Source: Phenylobacterium sp. (lineage in GTDB: Bacteria > Pseudomonadota > Alphaproteobacteria > Caulobacterales > Caulobacteraceae). From it: a stretch of DNA of 60,109 nt. Position 1 is the first letter of the stretch. Every line of letters begins with the position of its first letter. Position numbers and translations under genes: made by a program. Of this stretch, positions 1 through 10,578 are shown in pieces. A model generated the notes under the pieces. The model ran no database searches. It was not told where the DNA came from and worked only from the letters and a program-made list of their open reading frames with translations. The stretch is from positions 1 through 60,109 of the forward strand of contig NZ_JANPJP010000358.1 of assembly GCF_031425575.1 (NCBI RefSeq), in the 5' to 3' direction.

Positions 1-314
1 TTCATGGCGCCCTGGCTGCGATCGGTGGTCCCGCCGAGGTCGAGCCTGTCGCGCCCAAGGAGCCCGCGGTTCCGGTCAAGCGCTCCATCGCGCCCGATCA
101 CCTTGTGTGTCTTGAGGATGGTCGCAAGTTCAAGTCGCTCAAGCGCCATTTGCGCACCAAGTACGACATGAGCCCCGAAGAGTACCGGGCCAAGTGGAAT
201 TTGCCCAAGGACTACCCGATGGTGGCGCCCAACTACGCCAAGGCGCGTTCGGAGTTGGCCAAGTCGATGGGCCTGGGCCAGGGCGGCCGCAAACCGCCGC
301 GCGGCGGAAAATAG
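1..314 (+). CDS. mucR: MucR/Ros family transcriptional regulator (5'-truncated by window)
   Basis: Frame is open from the window edge: ...[59 protein letters not shown], the Ros/MucR signature. Adjacent to a mopJ-like gene, as mucR2 is in C. crescentus. Confidence 0.95.
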   Translation, partial: HGALAAIGGPAEVEPVAPKEPAVPVKRSIAPDHLVCLEDGRKFKSLKRHLRTKYDMSPEEYRAKWNLPKDYPMVAPNYAKARSELAKSMGLGQGGRKPPRGGK

Positions 315-360
315 CCGATTCGGATCAAGCGCTTGCCGTCGCGACGGCCTGAAATCATCG

Positions 361-395
361 ACGCCCGTCAGCCGAGTCGGCTGGCGGGCGTTTCG
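361..395 (+). terminator. Probable intrinsic terminator after mucR
   Basis: ACGCCCGTCAGCCGA / TCGGCTGGCGGGCGT hairpin followed by a short T run. Confidence 0.6.
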
Positions 396-510
396 CTTGC
401 TGGTTGACTCTTCACCGAAATCTTGGCTGGCGGCGTCGTTTTTGCTTGCCCGCGATTCGTTCCTTAAGCGATAGTGAATCGTCGTGATTCCAACGGCTTG
501 TTAAGGAATC
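374..510. promoter_or_regulatory. mopJ upstream region with 6 GANTC (CcrM) sites and a CtrA-like box
   Basis: GANTC at 374, 406, 454, 476, 486 and 506; TTAA-N7-TGAA at 464-478; another TTAA at 501. Confidence 0.6.
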
Positions 511-515
511 TGAAG

Positions 516-1010
516 ATGAACGCGCAGTTGAGCGCATCGGCCTCGGCGGCCCGCGCTCACCAGGAGATGTTCGCCTACTGGGCGTCACTCCGACGGGGGG
601 CATCCCTCCCGGCGCGCGGGGATCTGAGCCCGCTTGGCATCAAGCGCATGCTCCCGACCGTCAGTCTGATCGACGTGGTCAACCAGCCGCGTGACTATCG
701 CCTGCGTCTGGCCGGTACTGGTCTGTACGGCCTCTATGGCCGGGAGATCACCGGCAAGGGTTTGTCGGATATCTACAACACAGCCGCCGCCGACTATTGG
801 CGCATCGAGCTGGACAAGGTGGTCGATGGCCGCCGTCCCGGCGTCGGCGTCCACAGCATGGCCTGGCGCGGCGCGCCGCACATGTCGATCCTGTGGCTGC
901 GCCTGCCTCTGGCCAGCAACGGCAAGGACGTCGACATGATCCTCGGCTACGACGCGGTCGTCGGCATCCAGGGGCAGACGAGCTCTAGCAGCGGCATCCG
1001 CGCCGCTTAG
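516..1010 (+). CDS. mopJ: Single-domain PAS (PAS_5) protein, MopJ-like
   Basis: AYWASLR..LPARGDL..RLRLAGT..GREITGK..RLPLA PAS_5 motifs; 164 aa from ATG 516; next to mucR; C-terminal AA. Confidence 0.75.
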   Translation: MNAQLSASASAARAHQEMFAYWASLRRGASLPARGDLSPLGIKRMLPTVSLIDVVNQPRDYRLRLAGTGLYGLYGREITGKGLSDIYNTAAADYWRIELDKVVDGRRPGVGVHSMAWRGAPHMSILWLRLPLASNGKDVDMILGYDAVVGIQGQTSSSSGIRAA

Positions 1011-1429
1011 GCCGCCAGCACCTCGGCGTCCCGCCGGATACGACCCACCATCGAGGCTAACCCGTTCGATCGCTGCGCCGACAGGTGTCCGCTCAGGCCA
1101 AGCTGGTCGAAGGCCAACTTGGCGTCGAAATCGCGAATCGCGGCGGCTGTCTTGTCCGAATAGAGCCGCAGGACGACCGCGATCAGGCCGCGCACGATAT
1201 GGGCGTCGGAGTCACCCCGGAAGCTCACAGTGCCGTCCGCGTGCGGCTCGGTCACCAGCCAAACCTGGCTGGCGCAGCCGCGCACCTTGTTGGCTTCGCT
1301 GCGTTCGCTGTCGGTCAGCGGCGCAAGGTCTTTCCCCAGGTCGATCACGTAGCGGTAGCGTTCCTCCCAGTCTTCCAGGAGGTCAAACTCCGAGACCAGT
1401 TCGGTGAGGTCGTCTTCTATGGTGCGCAT
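1007..1429 (-). CDS. sufE: SufE family Fe-S cluster assembly protein
   Basis: WEERYRYVIDLG, KVRGCASQVWL, GDSDAHIVRGL, LSAQRSNGL. Confidence 0.93.
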   Translation of the reverse strand: MRTIEDDLTELVSEFDLLEDWEERYRYVIDLGKDLAPLTDSERSEANKVRGCASQVWLVTEPHADGTVSFRGDSDAHIVRGLIAVVLRLYSDKTAAAIRDFDAKLAFDQLGLSGHLSAQRSNGLASMVGRIRRDAEVLAA

Positions 1430-1475
1430 GCTGTCGGCGACTTAAGCGGCCCTACGCCTGCGCGCAACCGCCGGC

Positions 1476-2261
1476 TCAGCCCGCAGGCAGGCGAACATTG
1501 GCCAACAGGCCGCCCTGCGGACCGGGTGTCAGCTTCAGGCGACCGCCCATGGCCTGGCACAGCAGGTTGACGATGGGCAGTCCCAGGCCGGCCCCCTCGC
1601 TGCGGCGAGTCAAGGCGCTGTCGCCCTGCTCGAAGGGGCGCAGCAGGCGGGCGATATCGGCCGGGTCGATGCCGGGACCCTGGTCGAGAACGCGGATGTC
1701 GATCTCGTCGCCGTCTCGCGTGGCGGTGATCTCGATAGCCGAGCCCTCCGGCGAGAACACTACGGCGTTGTGGATCAGGTTAGTGAGTACGGTGCGCAGG
1801 CCGCGCGGGTCAGCCTTCACCGACGGCAGGGACCCCTCCTCGCGCACGACCACCACCGTGTTGCGGTTGGCGATCTCCTCGCGCAGGCCGTCCAGGGCGT
1901 CATCCATGGCGTGGTCCAGGGCCTCGACCCGCAGGTCCAGGTCCATGGCCCGGCCTTCAAGGCGCGCGATTTCCAGAATCTGGTTCACCAGGTTCAGCAG
2001 ACGCTGGCCGCTAGCCCGGATGATGCCGGCATATTCCTTGTACTGCGGCGCGCCGAGCGGGCCGTAGAGCTCCTGTGAGATGATCTCCGAGAAGCCGAGG
2101 ATGGAGTTCAGGGGCGTGCGCAGCTCGTGGCTCACCATGCGAAGGAAGGAGCGCTGCTGTTCATCGAGAGCGGCTTGTCGGCGCGCTCGGGCGTTCGACC
2201 GCGGCGCAGGCGCGAGCGGCGAGTGGTCGTCATTGTTTGGAAGGGCCGCCGGGTGGGCCAT
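1476..2261 (-). CDS. cckN: Cytoplasmic sensorless histidine kinase/phosphatase, CckN-like
   Basis: PleC/DivJ-type H-box FLRMVSHELRTPLNSILGFSEII plus HATPase, no sensor domain; divergent from divJ as in C. crescentus. Start placed at ATG 2261. Confidence 0.7.
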   Translation of the reverse strand: MAHPAALPNNDDHSPLAPAPRSNARARRQAALDEQQRSFLRMVSHELRTPLNSILGFSEIISQELYGPLGAPQYKEYAGIIRASGQRLLNLVNQILEIARLEGRAMDLDLRVEALDHAMDDALDGLREEIANRNTVVVVREEGSLPSVKADPRGLRTVLTNLIHNAVVFSPEGSAIEITATRDGDEIDIRVLDQGPGIDPADIARLLRPFEQGDSALTRRSEGAGLGLPIVNLLCQAMGGRLKLTPGPQGGLLANVRLPAG

Positions 2262-2456
2262 GCAGACGTTCGCGCCTTTGACTGTTGGTCCCCAATGTGG
2301 GGCGCCGCCGCTTACGAATTCGTTTCTTCCTGAAAGATCATGGGCTTGGACTTCATCCCCCAGGACGCGAGGAGCCTCGCAGGGACTCACCTGCAAGCGT
2401 AATGTTCCGCACTGGCGCCGTGTGCGCACAGATGGGCGGAGGTCCCGAGACTAGAC

Positions 2457-4124
2457 GTGGTCGAGAACGTGTCCACCCGACCCATGGGGACCTCCGGCGG
2501 ACAACCGCCGCAGGAGCTCATATGGTGGCACGCGACCTGGCTCGCCGTGCTGGGCCTCGGCGTGGGCGTCATGCTGTTCGCCCCGATCCTCCAGACCGTC
2601 TCGGCCATGAGCGCCCTGGCGCTGGGTGCGGCGCCCGCCCTGACCGGCCTCGTGCTCGCCCGGTCACGGCATGTGGCGGCGCACAGCCTGATCCTGTTCA
2701 ACTGGGGCGCGGGGGCCGTCCTGGCCGCCCTGCTGACCGGCGGAGTCGCCGGTCCCCTGGCCGTATGGCATCTGGCGCCCATGGCCGCCGCCGCCGCCAT
2801 GGGTCGGATTGATCGCCTGGCCATGGGGGCCGCGATCAGTGTCGCGGCGATCTGCGTCTCCCTGCTGGCCGGCCTGACCCTCAGCCTGCCGCCCGCGCCG
2901 GCCCATGACCTCGCCTCAGGCCTGGGGGCGGTGGCGATCATCACCACCTCGGCGGGCCTTGGCCTGGCGCTTATCGTCCTGCAGCGGCGGGTGATCCTGG
3001 ATACACGCCGCCGCGCCCTCATGGAGGTCCGCCTGCGGGAGGCGCTGGGCGACCAGCCACACCTGTTGCTGGTCGTCCAGCCCAGCGGCAAGCTTGTCAC
3101 CGCCTGGGGGAATGCTCCGCGCGGCCTGAAGGGCCAGGTCCTGGCGGGCCGCCCCCTGGCGCAGCTGGCCACCCCCGCCGACCGTCCCCGTCTGGAGGCC
3201 GCCCTACGCGAGGCCGTCCTCGAGGGACGTTCCGAAGTCGGCTTCGCACCCGCCGGCGCGCCGGCCCTCTGGCACGAACTGTCGCTGCGCCGGGTGAACC
3301 CGCAGCGGCTCACCGGTTCGATCCGCGACGCCGGCGCCCAGCGAGCCCGCGAGCAGGCCCTCGATCAGGCCCGCATCGACGCCGAGACCGCCAATGCCGG
3401 CAAGTCTCGCTTCCTGGCCAATATGAGCCATGAGCTGCGCACGCCGCTGAACGCGATCATGGGGTTCTCCGACATCATGCGGCAGTCGCTGTTCGGGCCG
3501 ATGCCCGAGAAGTACGGCGAGTATTCGGCCCTGATCCACGAGTCCGGCGAACACCTACTGGAGCTCATCAACGACGTCCTCGACATGTCGAAGATCGAGG
3601 CCGAGCGGTTTGAGCTCTATCGCGAGGAATTCGACGCCCGAGACGCCATCTCAGCCGTCATGCGCCTGATGCGAGGCCAGGCCGATCGCGCGGGTGTCAG
3701 CCTGCGGGGCCTGATGCCCAAGGAGCCCCTGGAGGTCATCGCCGACCGCAGGGCCATGAAGCAGATCGCCCTCAACCTGATCTCCAATGCGCTCAAGTTC
3801 ACCCCCAAGGGCGGGACCGTGACCGTGACCGCCCATGCGGAGGGCCCCATGCTGGAGCTCATCGTCGCCGACAGCGGCGTGGGGATCAGCGCCACCGACC
3901 TGCAGCGCCTCGGTAAGCCCTTCGAACAGGCGGGCGGGGCCGATCAACGCGCGGCGGGGACGGGACTGGGCCTTTCCCTGGTCCGCGCCTTCGCCGAGTT
4001 ACACGGCGGCGATATGGCCATCGAAAGCCAACTGGGGGAGGGCGCCACGGTGACGGTGCGCCTGCCGGTGATGGAGATGGCGGCGGTTGAGCCTGAGCCC
4101 CATCCCGAAGAGACTGCGAGCTAA
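2457..4124 (+). CDS. divJ: Cell-cycle sensor histidine kinase DivJ
   Basis: Multiple N-terminal TM helices; FLANMSHELRTPLNAIMGFSDIMR..SKIEAERFEL..ADRRAMKQI..EQAGGADQRAAGTGLGLSLVRAFAELHGG. Confidence 0.88.
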   Translation: MVENVSTRPMGTSGGQPPQELIWWHATWLAVLGLGVGVMLFAPILQTVSAMSALALGAAPALTGLVLARSRHVAAHSLILFNWGAGAVLAALLTGGVAGPLAVWHLAPMAAAAAMGRIDRLAMGAAISVAAICVSLLAGLTLSLPPAPAHDLASGLGAVAIITTSAGLGLALIVLQRRVILDTRRRALMEVRLREALGDQPHLLLVVQPSGKLVTAWGNAPRGLKGQVLAGRPLAQLATPADRPRLEAALREAVLEGRSEVGFAPAGAPALWHELSLRRVNPQRLTGSIRDAGAQRAREQALDQARIDAETANAGKSRFLANMSHELRTPLNAIMGFSDIMRQSLFGPMPEKYGEYSALIHESGEHLLELINDVLDMSKIEAERFELYREEFDARDAISAVMRLMRGQADRAGVSLRGLMPKEPLEVIADRRAMKQIALNLISNALKFTPKGGTVTVTAHAEGPMLELIVADSGVGISATDLQRLGKPFEQAGGADQRAAGTGLGLSLVRAFAELHGGDMAIESQLGEGATVTVRLPVMEMAAVEPEPHPEETAS

Positions 4125-4130
4125 CCTTAT

Positions 4131-4241
4131 CCCGCTCATCCCGGCGAAGGCCGGGACCCAGATACATCCGCCGTATTCAGAATTCCTGGCGCAGGCCGTG
4201 ACCTACGACCCGGGGTCCCGGCCTTCGCCGGGATGAGCGGG
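4131..4241. repeat. REP-like palindrome doublet, copy 1
   Basis: Perfect 29-bp inverted arms CCCGCTCATCCCGGCGAAGGCCGGGACCC (4131-4159) and its reverse complement (4213-4241); each arm is itself a hairpin. Confidence 0.9.
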
Positions 4242-4249
4242 GTTTGTTG

Positions 4250-5164
4250 TTACCGGCTTGCGGTCTGCAAGAACGCCCTGCCAGCCGCGAAATCTCCGAC
4301 CTCGACATAGGCCCGGCGCGTGGCGTCCCCCGCGAACAGGAACTCCACCATCACCGCCTCGCGTGGGTCGAGGCCCGACAAGGTGCGTGCGGCCTCCGCC
4401 GGAAAACGGAAAGCCCAGCCGCTCTTCACGTCCTTTGGCAACAGATCAAGACCGGCCCGGCTGCGCGCCTCGGCGGCGTATGCGGTCTGGGCGGCGGCCG
4501 GCGGCAGCCGCCGGGTCAGGGGCAGACGGTCGAGGGGCTCGCCCCGGGCGTCAAGATAGGGGCCCAGCGTCAGCGTTACATCGCGCAGGACCAGACGCGC
4601 GGCGTAGGGCTCGGCGCCGTCGGTGAAGGTGGCGACCGCCATCAGCCGGTTGGCGCCGGCCCGTCCGGCCAGGCCGAAGGCCATGCGGCCGCCGTCGAAG
4701 GCGCCGTCCTGGATGAGGCGCCAGCGGGCGCCGGCGGACGAAGAACTGCGGTCGGCGCGCCACGCCGAGACATCGCCGGGATAATCCATCTTGATGAGCT
4801 TAGCGTACCCCTCGAAGGCGGTGCGCACGCGGCTGGCGGCGGAATCGATGTCGGCGGAGTCGCACGCCACCGCCGCGGCCTTCTGCGAGGCTCGGCGTTC
4901 GACGGCGTTGAGGGTCGCACGGTCGGTCCCGGCGCGCAGGGCCGTGCCGCGGGCCTGGGCCTGGGCGGCCGCCAGGGCCGAGCCCACGGGCCCTGAGAAC
5001 AGGCCGCATCGGGCGTCGGCCGCGGTCATCACGGTGCGTTCGTAGAAGAGGTCGACGCTGCTTGCGCTCGCCAGTCCGGGCGCGGCGCAGATCGCCACGG
5101 CCAGGGCAGTCCCCATCCACCAACACGCCGGGCGCCGCACTTTGTTGTGCGTTGGGCTCGTCAT
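4250..5164 (-). CDS. Hypothetical exported protein
   Basis: 304-aa ORF with a signal-peptide-like hydrophobic N-terminal segment (ALAVAICAAPGLASA) and host-like codon usage; true start uncertain. Confidence 0.7.
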   Translation of the reverse strand: MTSPTHNKVRRPACWWMGTALAVAICAAPGLASASSVDLFYERTVMTAADARCGLFSGPVGSALAAAQAQARGTALRAGTDRATLNAVERRASQKAAAVACDSADIDSAASRVRTAFEGYAKLIKMDYPGDVSAWRADRSSSSAGARWRLIQDGAFDGGRMAFGLAGRAGANRLMAVATFTDGAEPYAARLVLRDVTLTLGPYLDARGEPLDRLPLTRRLPPAAAQTAYAAEARSRAGLDLLPKDVKSGWAFRFPAEAARTLSGLDPREAVMVEFLFAGDATRRAYVEVGDFAAGRAFLQTASR

Positions 5165-5252
5165 GCTCTCTCATTGTCCCTTATGGTCGGGACGTTGAGC
5201 CCACCCTAGACGCTCGCCCTTTCCGGTCCGTTACGAGAGACCTTGCTGCGAC

Positions 5253-5585
5253 ATGATGCTGTCCACGGACATCTGGGTGGCCGCCCTGATCCGCCGCGCC
5301 GAACTGGCCGGTGGGTTTGGCATCGTGGCGCGCAAGGGTGACGCACGGGCCGGCAGCGTGCTGGTCAAGGTGCTGAACCTGGAAGACAAGACCACTAGGC
5401 TCTACTCCGAGGCCACCCGTGGCGATGGCGAGCGGATCTGGATGCGGCCCTCCCTGTTCGACAACGAGGCCGATCTCGACCGCTATATCCAGAAGTCACT
5501 GCGTATCGACCCCGATCTCTGGGTGGTGGATATCGAGGATAAGCAAGGCCGCCACTTCCTGACCGAGCCGGTCGAGGACGCCTGA
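5253..5585 (+). CDS. DUF1491 family protein
   Basis: IWVAALIRR..RKGDARAGSVLVK..DPDLWVVDIEDKQGRHFL. Confidence 0.85.
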   Translation: MMLSTDIWVAALIRRAELAGGFGIVARKGDARAGSVLVKVLNLEDKTTRLYSEATRGDGERIWMRPSLFDNEADLDRYIQKSLRIDPDLWVVDIEDKQGRHFLTEPVEDA

Positions 5586-5690
5586 GGGCAGGGTGAAGCG
5601 GCGATTCACCGCCTTTGTGCACCAGCCCTAAAGTCAGCCATGCGACCTTGGGCTGTGCTCCTCCCAGCCCAGCTCTCCGCGTAGCCGCCG

Positions 5691-6071
5691 ATGCTTTTCC
5701 TGATGAACGACGTGGTTCTGAACCTCGACGGCCTGAAGATGACGCCCAAGATCACGAACCGCCGGTTTCGTGACCTGCCCTTCAACGCGGTCAGCCGGCT
5801 CGGGCAGGAACTCTACGCCGAGAGCCCCCTGCTGCATCATCGCAGGCCTGAGCGGGCCAAGCGCCTGGGCCTGCTGATCATGGCCAAGGCCCCGGCGATC
5901 AACGCCGCCCTGTTCGTCGCGCCCCATTTCGGGTGCAACCCCGAGGAGGTGACGATGCGCTACGTCAATCTCGACTTCGAGATCATGGCCCGCCTGGCCA
6001 AGCGCCAGAACGAGGGCCAGATGGACAGGATCTGGACCGACCGGCAGGTCTGGAAGCGGCTGGCGGCCTAG
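5691..6071 (+). CDS. Hypothetical protein (C-terminal AA)
   Basis: 126-aa ORF with strong host codon bias; no recognised domain. Confidence 0.75.
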   Translation: MLFLMNDVVLNLDGLKMTPKITNRRFRDLPFNAVSRLGQELYAESPLLHHRRPERAKRLGLLIMAKAPAINAALFVAPHFGCNPEEVTMRYVNLDFEIMARLAKRQNEGQMDRIWTDRQVWKRLAA

Positions 6072-6123
6072 CCGGAACGACTCGGCGGCCGGGCTGTTGC
6101 GGAGTCTTCGACCGGAGCCTCCC

Positions 6124-7155
6124 GTGACCCTCAAAGTCCCTCTCGACCTGCCGCCCATGGAGGCCAAGCTGGTGGCCGCTTTGCCTGACGAGCCGGGCTG
6201 GCGGTTCGAGCCTAAGTGGGACGGCTTCCGCTGCCTGGCATTCAAGGACGGGAGCGACGTGCAACTGCAGTCCAAGTCCGGCAAGCCCCTGACCCGGTAT
6301 TTTCCCGAAATGGCGGCGGCCTTGGCGGCGTTGCCGATCGCGCGCTTCGTGCTGGATGGCGAACTCACCATTTCCGTGGACAGCAAGCTCTCCTTCGACG
6401 CCCTGCAGGCCCGCCTGCACCCCGCCGCCAGCCGGGTGGAGAAGCTCAGCCGAGAGACGCCCGCCCAGTTCATCGTCTTCGACTGCCTGGCGGGCGAGGA
6501 CGGCAAGTCCCTGGTCGGCCAGCCGCTCAGCGCGCGGCGCATGGCGCTCAAGACCATCGCCGCCAGCTTCAAGGGCGCTGACGCCATCCGTCTCTCTCCG
6601 GGGACGGAGGACCGCAAGGCCGCGGAGGACTGGCTGGCCCAATCCGGCGGCGCCCTCGACGGCGTCGTCGCCAAGCGTCTGGACGAGGCCTACCAACCCG
6701 GCGAGCGCGCCATGCTAAAGGTCAAACAGCTGCGCAGCGCCGACTGCGTGGTCGGCGGCTTCCGCTATGAGAGGGACTCCGAATTCGTCGCGTCATTGCT
6801 GTTGGGCCTCTATGACGCCGCCGGCCTGCTGCACCACGTCGGCTTCACCTCGATGATCAGCGACGCCGAGCGGCCCGACCTGACCCGGAAGCTCGAGGCC
6901 CTGGCCGGTCCGCCCGGTTTCACCGGCAAGGCCCCGGGCGGACCCAGCCGCTGGACCACAGACCGGACCGCCGAGTGGTCGCCGCTGAGACCCGAGTTGG
7001 TGGTGGAAGTCCGCTATGACCAGATCACCGGCGCCCGGTTCCGCCACGGGACCCGCCTGCTGCGCTGGCGGCCCGACAAGGCGCCCGCCCAGTGCACCAT
7101 GGAACAGCTGCAGCCGGAGGCCGCGCCGGCCGAGGTGATCGCCGCGATCGGCTAG
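6124..7155 (+). CDS. ATP-dependent DNA ligase (LigC-like)
   Basis: Adenylation motif EPKWDGFR, LDGEL, DGVVAK, KVK..ADCVVGG, RFRHG..RWRPDK; start GTG 6124 or ATG 6157. Confidence 0.9.
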   Translation: MTLKVPLDLPPMEAKLVAALPDEPGWRFEPKWDGFRCLAFKDGSDVQLQSKSGKPLTRYFPEMAAALAALPIARFVLDGELTISVDSKLSFDALQARLHPAASRVEKLSRETPAQFIVFDCLAGEDGKSLVGQPLSARRMALKTIAASFKGADAIRLSPGTEDRKAAEDWLAQSGGALDGVVAKRLDEAYQPGERAMLKVKQLRSADCVVGGFRYERDSEFVASLLLGLYDAAGLLHHVGFTSMISDAERPDLTRKLEALAGPPGFTGKAPGGPSRWTTDRTAEWSPLRPELVVEVRYDQITGARFRHGTRLLRWRPDKAPAQCTMEQLQPEAAPAEVIAAIG

Positions 7156-7187
7156 CTTCGCGGCGCTTGCTGCGCTAGTCCCCGCCC

Positions 7188-8789
<1,602 letters not shown>

Positions 8790-8793
8790 GGCC

Positions 8794-9690
8794 GTGGCCG
8801 GCGCGATCGTCTACGGGACCCCGCCCCACAACCTGGTCGACGTGCCGACCGGCGCCGTCCAGGTTTCCCCCATCCTGCCCGGCTCCACGGCCCTGGAGAG
8901 CTTGGCCGAGGCCAGCCTGGACGAAGCGGTGGTCGCCGCCCCGCCCGGCACCGCCGAGCGCGACTACGCCCTGGCCCAGGCCCTGCGCGTGCTGAAGCCC
9001 GGCGGCCGGCTCACCGCCTTCGCCCCGAAGGACAAGGGCGGGTCGCGCCTGAAGAAGAGCCTGGAGGCCTTCGGCTGCGAGGTCTTCGAGGAGTCCCGCA
9101 AGCACAACCGCATCTGCACGGTCGCGCGGGCGCAGACCATCGCTGGGCTCGACACTGTCCTGGCCAAGGGCGCGCCCCAGCAGATGGGCCAACTCTGGAG
9201 CCAGCCAGGCGTCTTCAGCTGGGACCGGGTCGATCCGGGCAGCGCCCTGCTGCTGGCCAGTCTGCCGCCCCTGAAGGGCAAGGGCGCGGACTTCGGGGCC
9301 GGTATCGGCATCCTAGCCCTCACGGTCCTGGCCAGCCCGGACGTGAAAAGCCTCGTCCTGGTGGACGTTGATCGTCGCGCCGTCGAGGCCGCCATCAAGA
9401 ACGTCACCGACCCCCGCGCGACTGTCGTCTGGGGCGATGTCCGCCAGGCGGGCCTGAGCGATCTGGACTTCGTGGTGATGAACCCGCCCTTCCATGATGG
9501 CGGGGCGGAGGATCGGGCCCTGGGCGTCGCCTTCATCGAGACCGCGGCCAAGGCCCTGCGCAAGGGCGGCGCCTGCTGGCTCACCGCCAACCGCCACCTG
9601 CCCTATGAACGGCCCCTGGCGGCGGCCTTCTCCAAGGTGGAGCTGCGGGCCGAGGCGGGCGGCTACAAGATCTACGAGGCCCGGAAGTGA
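8794..9690 (+). CDS. RsmC/MTS-family SAM-dependent methyltransferase
   Basis: PGVFSWDRVDPGS, DFGAGIG, VMNPPFHDG, ANRHLPYE; start at GTG 8794. Confidence 0.85.
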   Translation: MAGAIVYGTPPHNLVDVPTGAVQVSPILPGSTALESLAEASLDEAVVAAPPGTAERDYALAQALRVLKPGGRLTAFAPKDKGGSRLKKSLEAFGCEVFEESRKHNRICTVARAQTIAGLDTVLAKGAPQQMGQLWSQPGVFSWDRVDPGSALLLASLPPLKGKGADFGAGIGILALTVLASPDVKSLVLVDVDRRAVEAAIKNVTDPRATVVWGDVRQAGLSDLDFVVMNPPFHDGGAEDRALGVAFIETAAKALRKGGACWLTANRHLPYERPLAAAFSKVELRAEAGGYKIYEARK

Positions 9691-10421
9691 GCAAGGCCCC
9701 GATGGCCAGGCTGGATCGCCTGCTGGCCAATCTCGGCTACGGCTCCCGGCGCGAGGTCAACGCCCTGGTGCGGGCCGGCGGCGTGGTGCTGGACGGCATC
9801 ACCCTGAAGGACGCGGGCGCCAAGGTCCCTATCGTCCGCGAACTGCCGGCCCGCATGACCATCTCCGGCGTCGCGGTCGATCCCCCCGCGCCGCTGACGC
9901 TCATCATGCACAAGCCGCTCGGCGTGGTCTGTTCCCACCGCGAGGCCGGCCGCAGCGTCTATGAGCTGCTGCCCACCCGCTGGCGCGCCCGCATGCCCGG
10001 GCTCTCCACCATCGGGCGCCTGGACAAGGACACCTCGGGCCTGCTGCTGATCACCGACGACGGGGATCTGCTGCACCGGGTCATCTCGCCCCGCGCCCAC
10101 GTGGCCAAGCGCTACCTGGCCACCCTCGACCGGCCGCTGAGCGGGGAGGAGGGGGCGATCTTCGCCGCAGGCGACCTGATGCTCGACAGCGAGGAGACGC
10201 CCCTGGCGCCCGCCGAGCTTGAGGTGATCTCGCCCATGCAGGCCGCGCTCACCATCACCGAGGGCCGCTACCATCAGGTCCGCCGCATGTTCGCCGCCGT
10301 GGGCAACCACGTGAACGCCCTGCACCGCGACCGCATCGGCGGCCTGGAATTGCCCGCGGACCTGGCGGCCGGCGAGTGGCGTGTGCTGGACGAGGCCGGC
10401 GAGACGTCGATCTTCGCCTAG
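9687..10421 (+). CDS. rsuA: 16S rRNA pseudouridine synthase (RsuA family)
   Basis: S4 domain RLDRLLA..GSRREV, GRLDKDTSGLLLITDDG, EGRYHQVRRMF. Confidence 0.85.
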   Translation: MSKAPMARLDRLLANLGYGSRREVNALVRAGGVVLDGITLKDAGAKVPIVRELPARMTISGVAVDPPAPLTLIMHKPLGVVCSHREAGRSVYELLPTRWRARMPGLSTIGRLDKDTSGLLLITDDGDLLHRVISPRAHVAKRYLATLDRPLSGEEGAIFAAGDLMLDSEETPLAPAELEVISPMQAALTITEGRYHQVRRMFAAVGNHVNALHRDRIGGLELPADLAAGEWRVLDEAGETSIFA

Positions 10422-10459
10422 GCCCGCAATTCGCCCAAAACGCGAAAATTCGTACTCCG

Positions 10460-10493
10460 TTAACCATAACGCACTGATTAACCACTTGTTTAC
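10460..10493 (+). promoter_or_regulatory. CtrA-binding sites upstream of the 10579 gene
   Basis: TTAACCAT half-site at 10460-10467 and TTAA-CCACTTG-TTTA(C) full site at 10478-10492 in an AT-rich intergenic stretch. Confidence 0.7.
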
Positions 10494-10578
10494 GATCTCG
10501 GACCCGGCTTTGCTCCTTCCGGTCTGAACCCAAGACAGGCGTCCCGTGTTGAGACGCTAGGGTGATCGGAGCCGCGTC

